A stretch of 64,000 nt of DNA from an uncultured Pirellulaceae bacterium (GTDB taxonomy: Bacteria; Planctomycetota; Planctomycetia; Pirellulales; Pirellulaceae): the NCBI GenBank assembly GCA_964439245.1, contig CAYTPS010000001.1, positions 1,886 to 65,885 on the forward strand, read 5' to 3'. Under the pieces are notes generated by a model that saw only the letters and a program-made list of their open reading frames with translations, did no database searches and had not been told where the DNA came from. The first letter of the stretch is position 1. Every line of letters starts with the position of its first letter. The translations under genes were made by a program, and so were the position numbers. Below are positions 21,048-28,674 of this stretch, piece by piece.

Positions 21048-22172
21048 ATGAGCGAACCTGACGAACCCCAAACTAACGAAGCTCTCGAGGAACTTCGAAC
21101 AAAGATAGACGCAGTTGATCGTCAGTTGGTCGAACTGATCAACCAGCGCGCACAATACGTTGTGCAGGTAGGCGATCTCAAACGCGGTACAGGCGTTCCT
21201 ATTTACGCGCCGCATCGCGAAGCGGCTGTGCTGAAGAAGATCCAGTCGTTCAACGAAGGCCCGATTCACGACCGAACGCTCGAAGCTGTTTATCGGGAAC
21301 TAATGAGCGGAAGTTTTGCACTCGAGCAACCACTTCGTATCGGCTATCTCGGACCCGTCGGTACGTTCAGCCATTTGGCCGCAACCAAGCAGTTTGGTTC
21401 TAGTGTCGCGTTCGAGGACCTACGGCAAATCGAAGGCGTTTTCGAAGAAGTTACTCGAGGGCACGTGGATTACGGGTTAGTTCCCATTGAGAACAGCACC
21501 GGTGGTGGCATTAACGAAACGCTAGATGCGTTCCTGACCTACCACGATCAGCTAAATATCTACGGAGAAGTGCAACTTGCAATACATTTCTCCCTGCTGT
21601 CCAACGGTAGGCCAGAAACTATCAAACGAATTTACTCTAAAGCCGAAGCGTTTGCGCAGTGTCGAAACTGGCTGAACACTCAATACCCTAACGCGCAACG
21701 CATTCCGGCCGAAAGCACCGCCGCCGCTGTTAAGCAGGCCAAAGAAGAATTTGATGCTGATCCAGAATCTGGTGCCGCAGCCATTGGCTCATCGCTGGCG
21801 GGAGAGGTCTATGGTCTCCATTCCCTGTTCGATGCGATAGAAGACCGACAAAGAAACATCACACGGTTTTTGATTTTGTCCAAAAGCGAGACTGAAATTT
21901 CGGGCAACGACAAGACCTCCGTGATGTTTACGACGGATCATCGCCCGGGATCACTGGTCGACGTTTTGGCTGTTTTCAAACGCAATTCTATCAATCTGAC
22001 TCACATCGAAAAACGTCCTAGTCGAGAAGTTAACTGGGACTACACTTTCTTCGTCGACATCGAAGGTCATCGTAAGGATCAGCGTGTTGCCGAGATCATC
22101 GGCGAGGCCCGCGCTCACTGCAAGAACTTTCAGGTGCTTGGTAGTTTCCCGGCATGCCGGAGTGTCTTTTAG
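21048..22172 (+). CDS. pheA: Chorismate mutase/prephenate dehydratase (P-protein)
   Basis: AroQ domain (LR.KID.VD..LV.LIN.RA), YLGPVGTFSH, VPIENSTGG, NITRFLI and ACT-domain INLTHIEKRP. Confidence 0.95.
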   Translation: MSEPDEPQTNEALEELRTKIDAVDRQLVELINQRAQYVVQVGDLKRGTGVPIYAPHREAAVLKKIQSFNEGPIHDRTLEAVYRELMSGSFALEQPLRIGYLGPVGTFSHLAATKQFGSSVAFEDLRQIEGVFEEVTRGHVDYGLVPIENSTGGGINETLDAFLTYHDQLNIYGEVQLAIHFSLLSNGRPETIKRIYSKAEAFAQCRNWLNTQYPNAQRIPAESTAAAVKQAKEEFDADPESGAAAIGSSLAGEVYGLHSLFDAIEDRQRNITRFLILSKSETEISGNDKTSVMFTTDHRPGSLVDVLAVFKRNSINLTHIEKRPSREVNWDYTFFVDIEGHRKDQRVAEIIGEARAHCKNFQVLGSFPACRSVF

Positions 22173-22190
22173 GTTCGGGTTGTTGGAGTT

Positions 22191-23372
22191 TTGATGAATC
22201 GCGTTTTAGAAACATTCATTTTTGTTCTCTTCATTTTCACAAACGTTGCGGCAATCCTCAGTAGTCATTGTTTTGCTCAGGAAAAACTGAGAATCGATGC
22301 GGAGACAGTCGCCGTTCAAAAATCGCCTTGGAAAGAGATACGGCCTTCAACCAAATCGAATCTGTACGGCTTGCACGTCGTAAGCAGAAAAGTCGTCTGG
22401 GTTTGCGGCGATAACGGAACGGCACTGCTGTCACTTGATGGTGGTGTTTCTTGGAAAGAAAGAAAGGTTGACGATCCGGCCTATCCCAATGGACCGCTGT
22501 TGGTCGATATCCATGCTTTTGACGAAGTCACAGCGCTCGCCATAACCGCCGAGAATCCAGCGAAGATCTATCGTACGACCAATGGTGGATTGCGATGGAA
22601 AACGATACTGGAGTATCCCGGTGACAACATTTTCTTTCGGTCTTTGTCTTTTTGGGACGATCGTCGAGGAATCGTGATGGGCAATGCTGTCGACGGAAAG
22701 ATGCTTTTACTGCGGACATCAGATGGAGGAGTTGTTTGGAAACGCCTTCGATCAGAACATCGTCCACCAATGAACGTGGGTGAGACTGGTATGGTCGGAA
22801 ATGGATCCAATATGCAATCAAAGGGCGCGCAAATGCTTGCTGTGGGACTTGGTGGCGCAGAATCTGGCTCGCGCGATAGTTCACGAGTTTTAATCTCCAA
22901 AGATTTCTGCAACTCGTGGATTTCGGGAAGTGTTCCCGTTCGTCGATCAAAAAGGGGCGGTATCTTTTCTGTTCATTTTACTAATGAAAAAGACGGCGTC
23001 ATCATCGGCGGTGATAAAGATAACCCAGATACCAAAGATCGAGTCTACGCCGTTACCAGTGATGGTGGAAATACATGGGGTGTGCCGAACCCAGCATACC
23101 CGCCGTCAGGTTTTCGAAGTTGCGTCGCACAGTTCGTCGACGGAAAAGAGATTAAGCTCGTTGCCGTTGGAACTTCAGGAACTGATCTCTCCACCGATCT
23201 TGGGAACAAATGGCGACGAGTATCAGATAAAGGATTTCGAGTGGTCAGTTTTGCTCCTGAAGGTAAATTCGGTTTTGCAGCTGGAGATGATGGTCGTATC
23301 GCTCGCTGGATTCCGGATGCTGTCAAAAGCAAAACCGCAGCAGCCAAACCCACCAAACAGGCAGCAAAATAG
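22191..23372 (+). CDS. Secreted YCF48-like/BNR-repeat beta-propeller protein
   Basis: Signal peptide; Asp-box repeats SLDGGVSW, TTNGGLRW, TSDGGVVW, TSDGGNTW and STDLGNKW. Confidence 0.8.
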   Translation: MMNRVLETFIFVLFIFTNVAAILSSHCFAQEKLRIDAETVAVQKSPWKEIRPSTKSNLYGLHVVSRKVVWVCGDNGTALLSLDGGVSWKERKVDDPAYPNGPLLVDIHAFDEVTALAITAENPAKIYRTTNGGLRWKTILEYPGDNIFFRSLSFWDDRRGIVMGNAVDGKMLLLRTSDGGVVWKRLRSEHRPPMNVGETGMVGNGSNMQSKGAQMLAVGLGGAESGSRDSSRVLISKDFCNSWISGSVPVRRSKRGGIFSVHFTNEKDGVIIGGDKDNPDTKDRVYAVTSDGGNTWGVPNPAYPPSGFRSCVAQFVDGKEIKLVAVGTSGTDLSTDLGNKWRRVSDKGFRVVSFAPEGKFGFAAGDDGRIARWIPDAVKSKTAAAKPTKQAAK

Positions 23373-23413
23373 ACGCTTTTCCCCCTGAAATACACTATTT
23401 CATAAAAAATTCG

Positions 23414-23456
23414 AGAAAGTCGCGGGGATTCACAGGACCACCGCGACTTTTCTTTT
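23414..23456 (+). terminator. Intrinsic terminator after the pheA/YCF48-like genes
   Basis: Stem AAAGTCGCGG/CCGCGACTTT followed by TCTTTT. Confidence 0.6.
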
Positions 23457-23492
23457 GTAGCCCATTTGATCTCAGGTAAACCGGCTCCTGAA

Positions 23493-24104
23493 ATGACTGA
23501 CAATCTCACCATCGACTGGCCGTTGGAACTCCAGCACCATCAAGGTTGGCTGAAGAAAGTATTGCGTAGTCGAATCGGGGACCGTGATGCCGTAGAAGAC
23601 GTTTTTCAAGAAGTAGTGGTAGCCGTTTTGCGGCAGTTGGACGCTCTCAAACAGAATAAAAATAGCCTCAACCAAGATCGTGGACAAAGCACACTCCCTA
23701 CAGATCCGCAAAAGGTTGCACCGTGGTTGTATCGAGTAGCGATTCGACACGCAATTAATTTTCACCGTAAACAAAACCGTCGCAGCCAAGCACAACCGGT
23801 GGCAGAGCTGGAAGTGACTTCTTCGGAAACAGATCCGTTGGATTGGATGCTCAGTCGCGAATCAAACGAAAATTTTCAAAGGTCGCTAAACCAATTGTCT
23901 GACCAGCAGCGAGAGATACTGATGCTCAAATTTAGTGAAAATTGGAGTTACCAGCAGTTAGCAGAACATCTGGGTATTTCTGTTCGCGCTGTTGAACATC
24001 GATTGTTGAAAGCGCGAAAACAACTCCGAGCTATTTTGGTTGGATCTGCCCAGCGGCAAACACGTTCTTCAAGTGACTATGGAGCCACCGATGCCACTCG
24101 ATAG
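23493..24104 (+). CDS. ECF RNA polymerase sigma factor
   Basis: Region 2 (AVEDVFQEV, PWLYRVAIR) and region 4 (SYQQLAEHLGISVRAVEHRLLKAR). ATG 23493 is preferred. Confidence 0.9.
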   Translation: MTDNLTIDWPLELQHHQGWLKKVLRSRIGDRDAVEDVFQEVVVAVLRQLDALKQNKNSLNQDRGQSTLPTDPQKVAPWLYRVAIRHAINFHRKQNRRSQAQPVAELEVTSSETDPLDWMLSRESNENFQRSLNQLSDQQREILMLKFSENWSYQQLAEHLGISVRAVEHRLLKARKQLRAILVGSAQRQTRSSSDYGATDATR

Positions 24105-24891
24105 TGAAAACACGCAATTGGACGAACTAACGTTGCAGAGGCTCGTTGATGGCGAACTGTCGCACCAGCAAATCAGGCGGCTTCTGGCTGAAGTCGAATT
24201 TGGCGACGATGCCTCGAATTGGAAGAAGATCGCTCTGGCGTTCTCTGAAAATCAAATGTTTGAAGCAGCCTTCAGCTTAGAAGAAGAGTCCGCGCGATCA
24301 GCAGACGGTTTGTTTCCAGTTGGCGAAGCTTCAGGGGTTTTGGAGAGACCAAAGGTTCCAAACATTGAAAAGGTGACCTATCCAAATACATGGTGGGTAT
24401 CAGCTTTGGCAGTCAGTCTGCTATTGGCCATAGCTGCCGCGTATCAGTTTTCAAGCTTTTGGTCTCAAGTCGGCGATGGTCAACTGGTTCAGGCGCCTTC
24501 GGCGGAGGACCGACCAGCGGTTCTCGTTGAACCTAAGGCGATCGAATCATTCGACCGAACGACTTTAGCGTCTTATGAACCTGACCATCAGTTAGAGGCC
24601 AAGGATATAGGTACAGCCTCGATTGGGCATCACAACAGTTCCATTCCGTTATACGACGTCGGGAGGCTTAATCCCGAACAATTGGCAAATTTACAGGGCG
24701 ATGACCGAGCGGCGCGGGAAGCAATGTTTTCGCGTGTATTGCCACGGAGTCTCTCACCGGAGTTGGTGCAGCAACTGCAACAGTCCGGTGGCATGGTCGA
24801 TCAAAATCTCGAATTTATCTCAGGGCGGCTCGACGATGGGCGGCCTTACTTGATTCCATATCGCACCATCCGCTTTTTGCCAGGCCAATAA
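24091..24891 (+). CDS. Probable membrane-anchored anti-sigma factor
   Basis: Overlaps the sigma stop codon; N-terminal RLVDGELS anti-sigma-like helix; single TM segment (WWVSALAVSLLLAIAAAY). Confidence 0.7.
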   Translation: MPLDSENTQLDELTLQRLVDGELSHQQIRRLLAEVEFGDDASNWKKIALAFSENQMFEAAFSLEEESARSADGLFPVGEASGVLERPKVPNIEKVTYPNTWWVSALAVSLLLAIAAAYQFSSFWSQVGDGQLVQAPSAEDRPAVLVEPKAIESFDRTTLASYEPDHQLEAKDIGTASIGHHNSSIPLYDVGRLNPEQLANLQGDDRAAREAMFSRVLPRSLSPELVQQLQQSGGMVDQNLEFISGRLDDGRPYLIPYRTIRFLPGQ

Positions 24892-24968
24892 GTGCTCCGG
24901 TAAATGAACTTACAGCCAACCATACTCGAACAGATTTCTTTAAGCCTTTTTTACAAAGGAGTTCAGCA

Positions 24969-25943
24969 ATGAATGACAATCTAGCAACAAAATTCTTCAA
25001 AATTGACTTTAGATCTTTGATCTGTTGCGCGGCGTTATTGACCGCTGGCAGTCCCTTGGTGGCTCAAGAGATTGAGATCATTGGCAACGATGGTAAACAA
25101 GTTGAAATACAACCACGAGTTGCAGGTGAGGTTATTCCGCAGGCAGAGGCTGCAGTACCTGAGGCGGGCAAAGGTAAAGGGCTAACCGTAGTCGGGCCGG
25201 ATGGACAGGCAATGTTTTTGCCAACTGATAACGCTCGCAGTGTCCAAATACAACGCTCGTTCAGTACGCAAATTGTCGATGGTCAGCGGAACGTAGTACA
25301 GAACGGGACCGCAATCGTCGTCGATGCTGACGGGCAGCGACGCGAATACAAATTGGCTGAAACGGACAACGTCGATGACTTGGCGACGATGCAAACTGAT
25401 CAAAAACCAGAAGTAAAGAAAAGCTGGATGGTGGGTGTAGTATGTCAGCCAGCTCCAGCGATGATTCGCAGTCAGCTAGGATTAGATGAGGGGATGGGTT
25501 TGTTGGTTCAACAGGTTCAGCCAAGCAGTCCGGCTGCGACGGGAGGACTTAAAAAGTTCGATGTTTTGCTCTTCGCCGATGATCAACAACTATCTTCGGT
25601 AAAAGATCTCACGACGGTCGTCAACGAAGTAGGGCAGGGCGAGGGAGTCATTACTTTCACCGTAGTGCGTGGTGGCGAAGAAATTCCAATCGAGGTCCAA
25701 CCGGCAGAGCGAGATTATGCAGCCATGCCGATGCGGCGGATGCCAATGAACATGTTCGAAATGAACGATTTGGGACCTGGAATTTTGTTCGGACGAGGCA
25801 ACGGCAATGACGGTGGAATGCTCCGGATGCGAGAAATGATGCAACAGCAGATGGAACAGATGAAAGAAGAGTTTCAAAACATGGACGCATTAATCCAAGA
25901 AGGTTTGCCGATGCGACTCGAAATGCCGCAAATGGAACGGTAA
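24969..25943 (+). CDS. Secreted PDZ-domain protein without a protease domain
   Basis: Signal peptide; PDZ motif (WMVGV...GLLVQQVQPSSPAATGGLKKFDVLL...VVRGG); Met-rich C-terminus. Confidence 0.75.
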   Translation: MNDNLATKFFKIDFRSLICCAALLTAGSPLVAQEIEIIGNDGKQVEIQPRVAGEVIPQAEAAVPEAGKGKGLTVVGPDGQAMFLPTDNARSVQIQRSFSTQIVDGQRNVVQNGTAIVVDADGQRREYKLAETDNVDDLATMQTDQKPEVKKSWMVGVVCQPAPAMIRSQLGLDEGMGLLVQQVQPSSPAATGGLKKFDVLLFADDQQLSSVKDLTTVVNEVGQGEGVITFTVVRGGEEIPIEVQPAERDYAAMPMRRMPMNMFEMNDLGPGILFGRGNGNDGGMLRMREMMQQQMEQMKEEFQNMDALIQEGLPMRLEMPQMER

Positions 25944-25991
25944 CCCAAATTTGCTTTGCCGTAGTGCTAAGTAATGGTCTGGAAAAATATT

Positions 25992-26024
25992 AAGGCCGCA
26001 AGTAGAAAGCTTGCGGCCTTTTTT
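25992..26024 (+). terminator. Intrinsic terminator ending the ECF operon
   Basis: Perfect stem AAGGCCGCAAG/CTTGCGGCCTT followed by TTTT. Confidence 0.85.
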
Positions 26025-26116
26025 GTGTCTCCAGCGCTTTTCTGATCAGTGACGCAACTGAACTATCAGAGTAGAATCGTTCTATCTAAAGTTGCTTTTA
26101 AGGTGAAATTGAGATC

Positions 26117-27100
26117 ATGGAAAACCAGATATTTTTGGACAAAGACGCCGACCTTGGTGTGCTAAAGAACAAGAAAGTGGCAATCATCGGCTACGGAATT
26201 CAGGGCCGACCACAAGCCCTTTGCATGCGAGACAGTGGAATCGATTTGCTGATCGGTATTGGATCACCGGATCGGCCGTCGTGGGCGGCAGCGGTAGAAG
26301 ATGGTTTCGAACCAATGTCGATTTCGGAAGCGACTTCCCAAGCGGATTTGACGTATATCCTGCTCGCCGATCCGCCGCAGCCAGAAATCTACTACGAATC
26401 GATTCACAGCAATCTAAAACCCAACAGCACGCTCGCGTTTTGTCATGGATTCAATGTGCTATACGGGGCAATCACGCCACCAGAAAACGTGAACGTCGTG
26501 CTGTTCGTTCCTAACGGACCGGGGCACACCGTTCGCCAAAAATATCTCGATGGTTCAGGGATTTACGGAGCGATTTCCGTTGAACAGGATGTGACTGGCA
26601 ATGCGTTAGACATGGTATTAGCGCTGGCAAAATCAGTCGGAAGCCTGCGAGTTGGCTCGGTCGGTGTCACGTTTCAACAGGAAACAGAAGGTGACAACTT
26701 CGAGGAACAGGTTCTTTATGGCGGCGTGATCCATCTGATGAAGGCCACGTTCGATACGATGGTTGCTGGTGGTTACCCGCCACATTTCGCTTATGCCAAA
26801 GCGATTCGTTCTCTTCGGACGGTTGTCGATGTGATGGACAATATTGGAATCGAGGAATACATTTCGCGGCGTAGTAGTCGAACTTGCGAGTTTGCCGTCC
26901 GCACCAGCGGTCCACGCGTGGTGAACTACGATGAAGTACAGAACATCTTTGGCGAAACCGAACGTGGTGAATTTGCGGCCAATTGGATGCACGAGTGGGC
27001 GCTAGGAATGCCTCGACTACACCGTATGCGCCGCACAGGTGCTAACTCTCAAATGGAACAAACGGGACGCGAGTGGCGTGAACAGTTTGGAGAAGGTTAA
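26117..27100 (+). CDS. Ketol-acid reductoisomerase (IlvC)-fold NAD(P)-dependent oxidoreductase with a divergent active site
   Basis: IIGYGIQG, FCHGFN, PNGPGH and ETEGDNFEEQ align with short-chain KARI, but several catalytic residues differ (see findings). Confidence 0.8.
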   Translation: MENQIFLDKDADLGVLKNKKVAIIGYGIQGRPQALCMRDSGIDLLIGIGSPDRPSWAAAVEDGFEPMSISEATSQADLTYILLADPPQPEIYYESIHSNLKPNSTLAFCHGFNVLYGAITPPENVNVVLFVPNGPGHTVRQKYLDGSGIYGAISVEQDVTGNALDMVLALAKSVGSLRVGSVGVTFQQETEGDNFEEQVLYGGVIHLMKATFDTMVAGGYPPHFAYAKAIRSLRTVVDVMDNIGIEEYISRRSSRTCEFAVRTSGPRVVNYDEVQNIFGETERGEFAANWMHEWALGMPRLHRMRRTGANSQMEQTGREWREQFGEG

Positions 27101-27102
27101 GT

Positions 27103-28326
27103 TTGAAAGATATGCCCACGGTCAGCCAATTTGACGAAGCCATTGCCGAGCGACGTGACCAACTCTTGGCGTTTACCAGCTCTATCGTTGCTACACCTAG
27201 CCTCTCAGGTGAGGAAGGCGATGTCGCTCAGCAGATCATCGCCGAACTAAAGCGATTGAAATTCGATGACGTCTGGACAGACGAAGTTGGAAACATCATC
27301 GGCAAAATCAATGGAGGAGCTGGCCCGACCGTTATGCTTAACGGTCACATGGATATCGTTGATCCGGGACCAAGTGATGGATGGCCACATCCAGCTTACA
27401 GCGGAGCGGTCGTTGACGACGAACTTTGGGGACGCGGTTCGGTCGACATGAAAGGTCCGGTAGCGGCAATGATCTATGGCGCTGCCGCCTACAAACAACT
27501 TGGCCTCACGCCACATGGTGATGTTCTAATGACGGTCGCCGTGATGGAGGAAATTGGTGGATTGGGTAGCCAGTTCCTTGTTCCGCAACTGAAGAAAAAC
27601 GGCATCCAGCCAGACCTCGCGATCGTTGGAGAACCTAGCAACAGTCAGCTTCGACTTGGACATCGCGGCCGGATCGAACTACAAGTGAAATTTTCTGGTC
27701 GATCGGCTCATGCCAGCGCACCGCATCTTGGGATAAATCCTCACTACGCTGCGGCCAGATTTTTGAGTGCGCTTGATCAGTTGCCACTGTTGACCGACAG
27801 CGTGTTGGGACCGGCCACGATTGCACCGACGCTTTATGAAACAGATCAAGTAAGTGCCAACGTGATTCCTTCAGAGATTACGGTTTTTCTGGATTGGAGA
27901 AACGTTCCCCAAGAGTCTCCCGAACATGCTGTTTCAGAATTAGAAACGATTCTAAACCAATGCTTGGCAGACCAACCGACTTGTCAAGCGGAAGTGCATG
28001 TCACAAGCCAGGAGCGCCAGACATGGACTGGCGTAGGCAAAGACTTTGCTTCAATCTTTCCACCGTTTGCCACTGATCCACAAAGTGAGTTGGCTATTCG
28101 TGCTGGCGAAGTCATTGCCGAATCAACGCAAAAACCGGCTTCACCCGGTGTTTGGGATTTCGCTACCGACGGCGGACACATTTCGTTGGAAGGAATTCCG
28201 GTCGTTGGATTTGGCCCCGGTGACGATCGGCTGGCCCATACGAATCAGGAGCGCATCTCAACAGATGAACTTCAACAGGCCGTCGGTACTTACGCTGCGC
28301 TGATCGACCAATTGGCGAAAGGATAA
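27103..28326 (+). CDS. M20 family metallo-amidohydrolase, YgeY/ArgE-like
   Basis: Motifs NGHMD, GRGSVDMKG, MEE, GEPS, WDFATDG, GFGPG and AH.NQE. Starts 2 nt after the upstream stop (TTG 27103 or ATG 27112). Confidence 0.85.
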   Translation: MKDMPTVSQFDEAIAERRDQLLAFTSSIVATPSLSGEEGDVAQQIIAELKRLKFDDVWTDEVGNIIGKINGGAGPTVMLNGHMDIVDPGPSDGWPHPAYSGAVVDDELWGRGSVDMKGPVAAMIYGAAAYKQLGLTPHGDVLMTVAVMEEIGGLGSQFLVPQLKKNGIQPDLAIVGEPSNSQLRLGHRGRIELQVKFSGRSAHASAPHLGINPHYAAARFLSALDQLPLLTDSVLGPATIAPTLYETDQVSANVIPSEITVFLDWRNVPQESPEHAVSELETILNQCLADQPTCQAEVHVTSQERQTWTGVGKDFASIFPPFATDPQSELAIRAGEVIAESTQKPASPGVWDFATDGGHISLEGIPVVGFGPGDDRLAHTNQERISTDELQQAVGTYAALIDQLAKG

Positions 28327-28338
28327 CCTGAAACCCGT

Positions 28339-28674
28339 CTAGCTTCCACGATAGGTCGAATAGCCAAACGGATTGAGCAACAGAGGAACGTGATAATGCT
28401 GCGCCGGATCGTCGACCAAAAATTCGATTCGGACAATCGGGTAGAACGTAGACTGATTCATCGCCGCAAAATATTTACCGACAGCGAAGTTGATTCGATA
28501 ATGTCCTTCCACCAGTGCGTCGGTCGTAAGATTGGCAACCCGTCCGTCATCATTGGTTGTTCCACTTCCAACGGGCAACCATTGATTGCCGTCGCTGATT
28601 TCGAGTTGCACTTCAATGTTTGCCGCTGGCGTGCCGCGTGAGGTGTCGAGAATATGAGAAGTGATTGCGCTCAT
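28339..28674 (-). CDS. uraH: 5-hydroxyisourate hydrolase (transthyretin-like)
   Basis: Motifs ITSHILD, TNDDGR, HYHVPLLL and C-terminal YRGS; ATGA overlap with the upstream gene. Confidence 0.96.
   Translation of the reverse strand: MSAITSHILDTSRGTPAANIEVQLEISDGNQWLPVGSGTTNDDGRVANLTTDALVEGHYRINFAVGKYFAAMNQSTFYPIVRIEFLVDDPAQHYHVPLLLNPFGYSTYRGS

Noticed and set aside
26068-26098. AGAGTAGAATCGTTC...AAAGTTGCTTT upstream of the KARI-like gene loosely resembles my recollection of the xanthine (NMT1) riboswitch ends
   Set aside because: The interior is too short for the second stem, and positions I recall as conserved differ. TAGAAT is more simply a -10 box. An Rfam cmsearch hit would reverse this.
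26117-27100. Annotating this gene as ilvC
   Set aside because: Catalytic Lys and Glu residues are substituted and no ilvB/ilvN/ilvD genes are nearby, so the symbol is withheld.
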